A stretch of DNA of 64,000 nt from Paenibacillus pasadenensis (GTDB lineage: Bacteria; Bacillota; Bacilli; Paenibacillales; Paenibacillaceae). Location of the stretch: assembly GCF_023715725.1 (NCBI RefSeq), contig NZ_JAMBOT010000005.1, forward strand, positions 316,538 through 380,537, in the 5' to 3' direction. The notes under the pieces are model-generated. The model did not search any database, had not been told where the DNA came from, and was given only the letters and a program-made list of their open reading frames with translations. The translations under genes were made by a program, and so were the position numbers. This document shows, piece by piece, positions 28,629-36,549 of the stretch (the first letter of the stretch is position 1; every line of letters begins with the position of its first letter).

Positions 28629-29444
28629 TCATTCAGCTTTCTCTTCTATCGCGATCCCATACCGGGCCAGCGCCTTCATGGCGCTGGCTCGTAGTTCATT
28701 TTGCAGCCCGGCTCCTGCAATAATCCGCACCCGCTTGCCGAGAAAACGAAGCTTTTGCAGCAAATATCCGGATTCGTCCTTGGAATAAGTAATCTCAATG
28801 CGGTACATCCCGCTCTCGGAATCGTACTGCACCTCCTGCCCAAAACAAGAAAGCGCGTATAAAATACGGGAAAGCTCCCGGTTATAACGAGGCAGCAATT
28901 CAAGAAGCGCGGTCGTCCGGCGCTTGGCCGTTAAAGAAGCAATGCGGGCATCAAGCCTGTCCGCTTCTCCGGCGGAAAGCTCCAAAGGCTCGGCTCCGTG
29001 AATATAGGAAAGGCGGGTGCGCATTAACGGACGGCCGCGGAATCGATGCCATAACAAGTACCACTCCTTGGTGGACATGGCGTATTCAAGCCGGTAAGGG
29101 TACCCGGAAACATGGTGGCGGATTCCGCCTTCTTTTACTTCGTAGGTGAGCTTCAGCCCGCTGCGGCTGCAGATGAAACCGGCCAGCTGCGGCAGCAGCG
29201 GGTTGAACAGCCGCCGCTCGCGGCTGCGGGCTTTTTCCGTCAGATGCTCAAGCTGCAGTGGCGGATCCTCCTGGAGCAGCAGCCGAAGCTTGTCCAGCGC
29301 CGCCGCGCCGAGAAAGGAGGAGGCGGATGGATGCTCCAGCATGAGCCGCAGCCAGGAGCGTTCGCTGCCCGTGACCGCAATTGCGCCGCTGCTGGCAAGG
29401 CGCCGGCTCAGCTCATAGTTATGGACTTTATCAAACAGGCTCAT
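28629..29444 (-). CDS. WYL-domain protein without an obvious N-terminal HTH (PafC-like partner)
   Basis: YPYRLEYAMSTKEWYLLWHRF is a WYL-like motif. C-terminal WCX-like region. Overlaps the upstream gene by 14 nt. Confidence 0.65.
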   Translation of the reverse strand: MSLFDKVHNYELSRRLASSGAIAVTGSERSWLRLMLEHPSASSFLGAAALDKLRLLLQEDPPLQLEHLTEKARSRERRLFNPLLPQLAGFICSRSGLKLTYEVKEGGIRHHVSGYPYRLEYAMSTKEWYLLWHRFRGRPLMRTRLSYIHGAEPLELSAGEADRLDARIASLTAKRRTTALLELLPRYNRELSRILYALSCFGQEVQYDSESGMYRIEITYSKDESGYLLQKLRFLGKRVRIIAGAGLQNELRASAMKALARYGIAIEEKAE

Positions 29445-30816
29445 AAAATTCGGAAATCTCCTTCCATTCCTCGATCATTTCCCGTCGCAGCTCCTCCGGC
29501 GCAAGCACCTCGCAGCTGGAGCCGAAGCTGCGCAGCCACGGGCGTATTTCGCGCGTTCCGTTTACTTCAATGTCGAAACGGAACGATTGCGCTCCCTCGT
29601 CGCTCACCGTGCCCCATTGTCCTTGAAGCAGCACCCGCTCACGCACAAAATCATAACGGATCCCCTGGGGCCGGAAGAAACGGACCGAAACGTGGACCGG
29701 CTGGCCAAGATCGACTAGCCAGCTTGTGCGCGTCTTCTCCTGCAATTGAATTTGCTTGCGCTCGACTAAATCCGGCTCGGCGGGCAAGCCCCGCTCCAGT
29801 CCGCTAATGCCCTCCATTCGCCAGGTCGCCAATCCGAGCGCGCGGTTAAATCCGAGTACATACCAGCGCCCGTACTGGTGGTCGTAAATCGTTTTGAGCG
29901 GGAGCAGCGTTACTTTCCGCGCGGGACTGTGGCGGGCATGCAGCGGATTGGTCCCGCGCGCCGCATAACGGCTGTCCGACTTAGGCGTCAAGTAATCAAA
30001 CGTGACCTGTATTCCGTCCTCGATAGCGGAAAGCAGCGGATACAAGTATGCTTCATCGAGAATGCGGCAGTCGTAATGGTAGGCGAAGCCCGTCCGGGCG
30101 CTGAGGCATTCCGTCTCGCCAAGACTGCGCCGGAGGCTGTCCTGCAGCAGAAATCCTTGCACCGATGGAACGCGGGTGCCAGCCATAACATGCACAAAAA
30201 GCTCCAGCCGCTGCAGCTCCTCCGGCTCCAGCTGGCTCCACAGCTCATTGCGGAGCCGAAAGCGGAACGGACGCTGCCCGCTGCGGGCGACGATTCCGGC
30301 CGTCTCCAAATAGGCCAGATCGGAACGAATCGTCTTTTCGTCGGGGAGCGAGGCTTCTTCCGGCATGGCGGCCGAGCAGGCCTCAAGCAGCTCGGAGGCG
30401 GTAATTGGGCCGTGCTGCAGAGCTTCCAGTAGAATCGCGAGACGGATCGTCTCCGATTCTTTGAGCGACTTAGCGCGGAAAAGAAAGAGCAGCAGCGGGT
30501 CCCGACCCGCATGGCGGCGGTGCTGAAGCAGCTGAGGCAGGCCTGCGGTTAACGCGGGCCGTGAGCAGCGCGCGCCTGTAAGAGCAGCGCTATCATCCGT
30601 TTCTTCCAACTCAACGGAGGTTATGAAGGTGCTGCCTGCCGCCACTTCCTTGAGCCGCCGCAGCGCTTTATCAAGCGTATGTACGGAAATTCCGAGCCGG
30701 TCCGCTGACTCCTTCCGGCTGTAGCTGCCTCCCGTGAGCACCAGCATGCGCAGAAGCTCAATTTCTTTGTCAAAGCTTTCTCTTGCGATTTTGAACACCC
30801 CTATGAAAACCCACAC
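29431..30816 (-). CDS. Transcriptional regulator with two winged-HTH modules, a WYL domain and a WCX C-terminal extension (PafB/BrxR/CapW-like)
   Basis: HTH 1 is …SRKESADRLGISVHTLDKALRRLKE… and HTH 2 is …ITASELLEAC…IRSDLAYLETAGIVARSGQ… WYL core is IYDHQYGRWYVLGFN. Confidence 0.7.
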   Translation of the reverse strand: MWVFIGVFKIARESFDKEIELLRMLVLTGGSYSRKESADRLGISVHTLDKALRRLKEVAAGSTFITSVELEETDDSAALTGARCSRPALTAGLPQLLQHRRHAGRDPLLLFLFRAKSLKESETIRLAILLEALQHGPITASELLEACSAAMPEEASLPDEKTIRSDLAYLETAGIVARSGQRPFRFRLRNELWSQLEPEELQRLELFVHVMAGTRVPSVQGFLLQDSLRRSLGETECLSARTGFAYHYDCRILDEAYLYPLLSAIEDGIQVTFDYLTPKSDSRYAARGTNPLHARHSPARKVTLLPLKTIYDHQYGRWYVLGFNRALGLATWRMEGISGLERGLPAEPDLVERKQIQLQEKTRTSWLVDLGQPVHVSVRFFRPQGIRYDFVRERVLLQGQWGTVSDEGAQSFRFDIEVNGTREIRPWLRSFGSSCEVLAPEELRREMIEEWKEISEFYEPV

Positions 30817-30839
30817 TCAAAAGCAGCGGGTTGAAGATA

Positions 30840-30855
30840 AGCTGTTTATCCGAAC
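30840..30855. repeat. 16-bp direct repeat AGCTGTTTATCCGAAC, copy 1
   Basis: Identical 16-mer recurs at 31302..31317. The two copies bracket about 460 bp of GC-rich non-coding sequence. Confidence 0.6.
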
Positions 30856-31054
30856 CCTATTAATTCCATCCTTTTTAAGTAAAATCCTGCCGGTACTTTT
30901 TGGTATTCCGTTAGCTTCGCCATACTTACGCCCTGTTCCGGGAGCGGGAGCGCCGTTACTATAAATCTCGAAGGCAAGAGCAGCAGGCAGGAATATCGGC
31001 AACCGGCCTTATTCCGCAGTGCCTGGCGCGATGCGCCAAGGTATTCTTTTGCCG

Positions 31055-31096
31055 GCCTTCTCCAACTGAACCGGGTTCGAATCCCGGCCATCCCCA
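31055..31096 (+). other. tRNA 3'-half-like fragment (T-stem CCGGG, T-loop TTCGAAT, T-stem CCCGG, then 7-nt acceptor-like CCATCCC); not a complete tRNA
   Basis: Canonical T-loop heptamer flanked by a perfect 5-bp stem. No matching 5' acceptor strand, D-arm or anticodon arm upstream, and no CCA. Possibly an integration-site (att) relic. Confidence 0.35.
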
Positions 31097-31301
31097 GCGG
31101 TGGTTCTTGGTGAATATGCGGCATATACCGCACTAACTGATGGAAAGGCATTCGGTCCAATTCGGCGCCTGCCGCGCAGCATTGGCGGCAAACTGCGGGA
31201 AAGCCTTGCAGCGCCGGCGCTGGCGGCGGCGAAGCCTGTCGCGATGGGCAGCAGCATGATTTCGAGGCAAGGCGCCAGCATGGGCTGGAGCCTCGATGCG
31301 C

Positions 31302-31317
31302 AGCTGTTTATCCGAAC
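31302..31317. repeat. 16-bp direct repeat AGCTGTTTATCCGAAC, copy 2
   Basis: See 30840..30855. Confidence 0.6.
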
Positions 31318-31444
31318 GGGGTAAGCCGCCGATTCACACCGTGCGCTCCGCTTAGCCTGCGGTGCGCCGAAGCGGGCCGGCTGCCGCCATCCCAGGGAGA
31401 ATGCAACGGCCAATGAGGCCATACGTATAAAAGGAGCTGATTCC

Positions 31445-32557
31445 ATGTTCAAAATGGCAACGATTAAAACGGGCGAAAGGGGACTGCTGTATCGAAGAGG
31501 CAGTTTTGCCGGGCTGCTTCAGCCGGGTACGCGGCAGCTGAACCTATGGAGAGGCGAGACGGCGGAAATTCAGCGCATCGACCTTCCGTTTTTTCCGGCA
31601 GACGGTCCGTTATCGGCCTACTTGCAAGACCAGCGTTTAGCCCAAGAGCTGGAGGTTGTAGAAGTTGCGGATGAGGAATACGTGCTGCGTTACCTGGACG
31701 GACGTTTCGAGGCGCTGCTCTCGCCAGGAGTTTACGCCTTCTGGAAAGCGGCGGGCACACACAGCTTTAAACGCATCGACACGCGTAATCCCGAGGCAGA
31801 AGGCTCGCTTAGCCCGGAGCTTATGCAGCGGTTAGATTCCTACTTGCACGTCATAGAGATTGAAAGCTGGGAGCGCGGATTCCTTTACTATGATCATATG
31901 TTTCAGCGCGAGCTTGGGCCAGGGCGGTACCGCTTCTGGAAAGGGCCCGTCAAGGCCGCCGTCAAAAAAGTCGATCTGCGCCGCCAACAGCTCGATCTGC
32001 TCGGACAGGAGATGATGACCGCCGACAAAATTACGCTGCGGCTTAATTTTGCCAGCCAGTACCGGATCTCGAACCCTGCACTTACGCTTGAGGTCAAATC
32101 GCTGCCGGAGCAGCTTTATATCTCCATGCAGCTCATATTGCGCGATCTGATCAGCGGCATGACGCTGGACGCGCTGCTTTCCTCGCGTGAGGAAACGGCC
32201 GCTAAAGCATTGTCCGGCCTCCTCGAAGCCGGTGCCGTGTACGGGGTCGAATTTTTAAGCGGGGGCATTAAGGATATCATTTTGCCAGGGGAGATCCGCG
32301 ATATATTAAATACCGTTCTGCTCGCAGAGAAAAAAGCCCAGGCCAATCTGATCACACGCCGCGAGGAGACTGCCTCGACCCGAAGCCTGCTGAATACAGC
32401 CCGGCTCATGGAGGAAAATGCCACGCTGTACCGGCTGAAAGAGCTTGAGGTGCTGGAAAGGCTGTTTGAGCGGATGGGCAGCGTGTCGCTGGACAGCGGC
32501 AGCGGGGTGCTGGAGCAGCTGACACGAATTGCCGGAGGTTATGGTAACCGAAATTAA
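31445..32557 (+). CDS. SPFH/Band-7 (slipin-like) protein with a duplicated ~45-aa N-terminal module
   Basis: RBS AAAGGAG. Central Band-7 region (…ITLRLNFASQYRISNP…) with a C-terminal coiled coil. Two N-terminal repeats: GERGLLYRRGSFAGLLQPGTRQL… and WERGFLYYDHMFQRELGPGRYRFW…. Confidence 0.7.
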   Translation: MFKMATIKTGERGLLYRRGSFAGLLQPGTRQLNLWRGETAEIQRIDLPFFPADGPLSAYLQDQRLAQELEVVEVADEEYVLRYLDGRFEALLSPGVYAFWKAAGTHSFKRIDTRNPEAEGSLSPELMQRLDSYLHVIEIESWERGFLYYDHMFQRELGPGRYRFWKGPVKAAVKKVDLRRQQLDLLGQEMMTADKITLRLNFASQYRISNPALTLEVKSLPEQLYISMQLILRDLISGMTLDALLSSREETAAKALSGLLEAGAVYGVEFLSGGIKDIILPGEIRDILNTVLLAEKKAQANLITRREETASTRSLLNTARLMEENATLYRLKELEVLERLFERMGSVSLDSGSGVLEQLTRIAGGYGNRN

Positions 32558-32712
32558 AAATTGGGATGTTAAGGAAGAAATAAACGGCTATGGAAAGTCA
32601 ATTCGTGTATAATGTTGAAAGTGTTTCTGAAATAATGGTTGAAAACAGACGGATATGCTGAAGTAAACCATATGGAACAAATTAATGTACATACGAACTG
32701 GAGGAGTAATGA

Positions 32713-33819
32713 ATGCAGCAGCCACAACAGCTGCGGCCGATGGGAATCGGCCGGATTTTGGACAGCAGCTTCCAGCTGTACCGCACGCATTTTACAACAT
32801 TGGCCATCATAATGCTGGCGCTTTACGGGCCTGTCAGCCTGGTTTCAATCGGTCTGGCAGGCGAAGGCGGAAGTGCTTATTCCGGTCTTATGGATAGCTT
32901 ACAGAACGGAAATTTTGATCAATATATTGAAACGACAGCGGCAGAGGATGCAATGATTGGAGCGGGCGAAGTGATCTCCATTATTCTCGGCTTGCTGCTC
33001 ACACTGATCCTTGGTCCTGCGTCAATGGCGGCTATTGTGCATCTGGTGCAAGCGCATGTGCGTGGCGAGGCGATTCCCGGAGCAGGCGAGCTGCTGAAAC
33101 GCGGCTTCCGCCGCTTCTGGCCTCTAACCGGCACTACTCTGCTTTACTTTTTCATTATGTTTGTGATGTATATCGTCATCGCTGTGGGAGCAGTATCTGT
33201 ATTCGCTATCCTGATCAGCTTAGCGTTATCCGGTAATGGCGGGCTTTCCGGCGGCGCTACCATTCTGATTTTTCTCGGTTTCCTTGCTTTGCTGCTGCTT
33301 GTAACGTTTCTCGGCATCCGCTGGGCCTTTTATTTGCCGTATGTCGCGCTTGGCGAAAGCGGAACTGGAATCGGCTCGAGCTGGCGGTTAACAAAAGGAA
33401 ACTTCTGGAGGCTGTTTCTGCTCTTTATCGTGCTTTTTATCATTCTGACCATCTTCACCAGTGTAATAAGTCTCGGGACAGAGGCTTTATTTGGCGGAGG
33501 CAAGTTTGCCTACATTGTCGATTCCTTAGTTTCAATTCTGCTCGGCTCGCTGTGGGTGCTGCCGTATGCTATTGCCTTTTTTGACCTGCGCGTGCGCCGC
33601 GAGGGCTTTGGGCTGGACCAATTGCTGAATAACGCCGATCCGTATGCCGGCCAAACGCCTCCAGCTCCGCCTGCGTCATGGGGCGGCGGGATGCAAGGAG
33701 GCCGGGGCTCTGGCGACGAGGAGCTCAAGCAGGATTCACGGAACGATGGCGCCGATGGCGGCGAACAGACCGGTAACGGTGGAGAAAGCGGCGGTCCTGA
33801 GGGTGGAAGCCGTCCATGA
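32713..33819 (+). CDS. Polytopic membrane protein (GP-PDE membrane-domain-like/DUF type) with a Gly-rich acidic C-terminal tail; first gene of the MoxR cluster
   Basis: RBS GGAGG. At least six TM segments. Low-complexity tail GGGMQGGRGSGDEE…GGESGGPEGG. Confidence 0.65.
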   Translation: MQQPQQLRPMGIGRILDSSFQLYRTHFTTLAIIMLALYGPVSLVSIGLAGEGGSAYSGLMDSLQNGNFDQYIETTAAEDAMIGAGEVISIILGLLLTLILGPASMAAIVHLVQAHVRGEAIPGAGELLKRGFRRFWPLTGTTLLYFFIMFVMYIVIAVGAVSVFAILISLALSGNGGLSGGATILIFLGFLALLLLVTFLGIRWAFYLPYVALGESGTGIGSSWRLTKGNFWRLFLLFIVLFIILTIFTSVISLGTEALFGGGKFAYIVDSLVSILLGSLWVLPYAIAFFDLRVRREGFGLDQLLNNADPYAGQTPPAPPASWGGGMQGGRGSGDEELKQDSRNDGADGGEQTGNGGESGGPEGGSRP

Positions 33820-34430
33820 ATGAACGCCGCGAGCTGGAAAGCATTCTCACGGGGGAGGAGTATACGGCGTATCGCAAGGAGCCGGGCTTTTCTTTGTGGG
33901 ATTGGCTGCTGGAGCAGCTCAGGTGGCTGCTGAACGCTCTTTTTCCGAGCCTTAAGCCGGGAGAAGGGACGATCAGCTTGCTGGCAGTTCTGATTGTTCT
34001 GGCGTTGACTGCATTCATCGTTTGGCTTACCTGGCTGCTGCTGAGCCGGCGGGGCCGCGGCGGTCGCCATCGCTCCGGCGATTGGCTGCATCCCAATGAG
34101 GAGAGCCGCTCCTGGCGGCATTATGCCGAGCTTGGCGACAGGCTTGGCGCAGAGGGGAACTGGAGAGACGGCATCCGTGCCGTCTTTCTGGCCCTGCTTT
34201 TCTATTTGGAGGAATCCGGGGCGCTGCGCGTTGAAGCTTGGAAGACGAACCGGGAGTATTTGGACGAGCTGTCTCAGGCGGGCTCGCCTCACGCCTCTTC
34301 GCTGAAAGAAGCGATGGCGCTTTTTGAGCGGGTATGGTACGGCCGGCTGGAGGGCTCAGAGGAGCTGTTCGGGGAAATCCGCGCTCTGTTTGCAGCCGTG
34401 TCGGCTGCCGGGGAGGAGGGGCGCAATTGA
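33816..34430 (+). CDS. DUF4129-like membrane-anchored protein
   Basis: One or two TM segments followed by a helical domain (…AEGNWRDGIRAVFLALLFYLEESG…). A 4-nt overlap with the previous gene indicates operon coupling. Confidence 0.6.
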   Translation: MNERRELESILTGEEYTAYRKEPGFSLWDWLLEQLRWLLNALFPSLKPGEGTISLLAVLIVLALTAFIVWLTWLLLSRRGRGGRHRSGDWLHPNEESRSWRHYAELGDRLGAEGNWRDGIRAVFLALLFYLEESGALRVEAWKTNREYLDELSQAGSPHASSLKEAMALFERVWYGRLEGSEELFGEIRALFAAVSAAGEEGRN

Positions 34431-34444
34431 AATTGAAAAACGGC

Positions 34445-35632
34445 ATGTTTATTGCCGCAGCGGCATTGTTTCTGCTGCTTGGTTTATTTCTGGCTCGGCC
34501 GCAGCTGAAGGATGAAGCCCCTAACCTTAGCTTTTCGGCGGATACGGACGGCGTCAAAGCCTGGCGTGAGCTGCTGGAAAAACGCCAGGCTCCGGTCGGC
34601 GAGTGGCGCCTCCGGTGGGAGGAGCTTCCTGCCGAGGGCTCCGGCAGACTGCTTATCGCGGCTGGTCCAGGGCAAATTCCGCCTAAGGAATGGGAAGCGA
34701 TGGATCGCTGGCTTCGCGCCGGAAATCATCTGCTGCTGCTCAGCAGCCGGGATAACGAATCCGACTATTGGAATCTGACCGGCATGCAGTCGGCAGCCGG
34801 AGAGGCGGCAGAGAAAGAGGGCAAAGGGCCGGGGGATGGCCAAAACGGCAAGGAGGCGCCAAAGGTTTCCGTTGTTAATGTTAAGGCGTTAGGTGCGGGA
34901 GATTACACGGCGGAAGTAACGACGGACTCGCGTATCGAGAATGCAGATGGTCTGGAGCCGCTGGTGACTGACGGCAATGGGGTTTTGGCAGGCCGGGTGA
35001 AGGTAGGCGCGGGCAGTGCCACGCTCGTTGTGGAGCCGCGCTGGATGCAGAACGAAGCGGCGTTGAACGCCTCGCATCCCGAGCTGATCGGAGCTCTGCT
35101 GGCGGGCGGCTGGCCGGAAATTATGTTTGATGAGCAGCATCACGGCTATGTTTCGAAAAAGGGTATGTTCGCCGTATATCCCGATTGGCTGTTGCTGTCG
35201 AGCATCTTGCTGCTGATCGGGCTGCTCCTATGGCTGTGGCATGCCGGCAAACGGTTCGGACCGGTACGCATTCCGCGGGAGTGGTCGGTGCGGCGCGGCG
35301 ATGAAACGGCGCGGGCGCTCGCTTCCTGGTATGAGCGCTTCGGGCTTATGGACGATGCGCTGGACCGGCAGCGGCGGCGGCTGCGCCAGCAGCTGTCCCA
35401 GCGCTGGGGACTAAACGCCGCGGCCACGCCGGAGCAGGCGGCTGCCGCAGCGGCAAGCCGCTGGAGCGAGGCGGATGCGCAGCGGCTGCAGCGCGCATTG
35501 GAGGAACGGCCGATTGCAGCCTCCGGGCGCAAGGCGGCCAAACGGGAGTTTGTCGCAAGATCGAGAGAAACGAGCGAGCTGGCGGAACTGCTGCGAGGCA
35601 GCCGTCCGTCTGGAAGGGGAGAGATACATTGA
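34445..35632 (+). CDS. DUF4350-like secreted/membrane-anchored protein
   Basis: N-terminal TM/signal segment (MFIAAAALFLLLGLFLA) and internal TM segment. The in-frame upstream ATG at 34334 overlaps the previous gene in another frame. An alternative TTG start at 34427 has an upstream RBS GGAGGAGGGG. Confidence 0.6.
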   Translation: MFIAAAALFLLLGLFLARPQLKDEAPNLSFSADTDGVKAWRELLEKRQAPVGEWRLRWEELPAEGSGRLLIAAGPGQIPPKEWEAMDRWLRAGNHLLLLSSRDNESDYWNLTGMQSAAGEAAEKEGKGPGDGQNGKEAPKVSVVNVKALGAGDYTAEVTTDSRIENADGLEPLVTDGNGVLAGRVKVGAGSATLVVEPRWMQNEAALNASHPELIGALLAGGWPEIMFDEQHHGYVSKKGMFAVYPDWLLLSSILLLIGLLLWLWHAGKRFGPVRIPREWSVRRGDETARALASWYERFGLMDDALDRQRRRLRQQLSQRWGLNAAATPEQAAAAAASRWSEADAQRLQRALEERPIAASGRKAAKREFVARSRETSELAELLRGSRPSGRGEIH

Positions 35633-36549
35633 ATCATTTGCTGGAATCGCTGGAACGGCGAATTCATGGACAGAACCGCAACATACGCCTGCTTGTCACC
35701 GCGCTAATCGCGGGCGGGCATGTACTGCTGGAAGGAGTGCCGGGCCTCGGCAAAACAAGCCTAGCGCGGCAGCTGGCGGTGCTTTCGGGCTGCGGCTGGC
35801 GTCGCATTCAGTTCACGCCGGATCTGCTTCCCGGAGATATTACGGGCAGTGTTACCTACAACATGCAGGAGCAGAGCTTTTCCGTCGTCAAAGGCCCCAT
35901 TTTCACCAACGTGCTGCTGGCCGACGAAATTAACCGCTCCGGACCAAAAACGCAGGCTGCGCTTCTGGAGGCGATGGAAGAGCGGCAGGTAACGATTCAG
36001 GGCACGACATACCCGCTGCCGGAGCCGTTTTTTGTCGCGGCAACGCAAAATCCGGTGGAGTACGACGGAACCTATCCGCTGCCGGAGGCGCAGCTGGACC
36101 GCTTTCTGTTCAAGCTGGTGCTGGATTACCCGGCGGAGCAGGCGGAGATCGATATTTTGCGGAATCACCGCCAAGCGGCTGGCATAACGGAAGTTCAGCC
36201 AGAGCCAGTCGTTACAGCGGAAGAAATTCGCGAGCTGCAAGGCAAAGTGGGCGACGTCGTCGTGGAAGACGCGCTTTACGCTTATGCTGCTGCTCTTGTC
36301 CGGGCGACCCGGGAAACCGACGGCGTTGGGCTCGGCGCAAGTCCGCGTGCCGGCATCGCGCTGCTGCGGGCTGCGTCCGCCTGGGCGCTGCTGGAAGGCA
36401 GAAACTATATGACGCCTGACGACATTAAGGAAATGGCGCTGCCGGTGCTTCGCCACCGGCTGCTGCTTACGCCGCAGGCGGAACTGGAGGGGATGACCGG
36501 TGAAAGCATCATCCGGCAAACGCTGGCATCGGTTCCGGTTCCTCGCTAG
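35629..36549 (+). CDS. MoxR-family AAA+ ATPase
   Basis: Walker A GVPGLGKT, Walker B LLADEINR and sensor motifs. About 306 aa, typical of MoxR/MRP. Confidence 0.88.
   Translation: MNHLLESLERRIHGQNRNIRLLVTALIAGGHVLLEGVPGLGKTSLARQLAVLSGCGWRRIQFTPDLLPGDITGSVTYNMQEQSFSVVKGPIFTNVLLADEINRSGPKTQAALLEAMEERQVTIQGTTYPLPEPFFVAATQNPVEYDGTYPLPEAQLDRFLFKLVLDYPAEQAEIDILRNHRQAAGITEVQPEPVVTAEEIRELQGKVGDVVVEDALYAYAAALVRATRETDGVGLGASPRAGIALLRAASAWALLEGRNYMTPDDIKEMALPVLRHRLLLTPQAELEGMTGESIIRQTLASVPVPR

Noticed and set aside
31055-31096. Possible tRNA gene (perfect T-stem/T-loop)
   Set aside because: No complementary 5' acceptor strand, D-arm or anticodon arm within 80 nt upstream, and no CCA. Kept only as a tRNA-3'-fragment/att-relic candidate.
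31009-31452. 147-aa minus-strand ORF in the GC-rich leader
   Set aside because: Ala/Arg/Pro-rich low complexity typical of GC-rich non-coding DNA. Its start overlaps the slipin gene start on the other strand, and it has no RBS.
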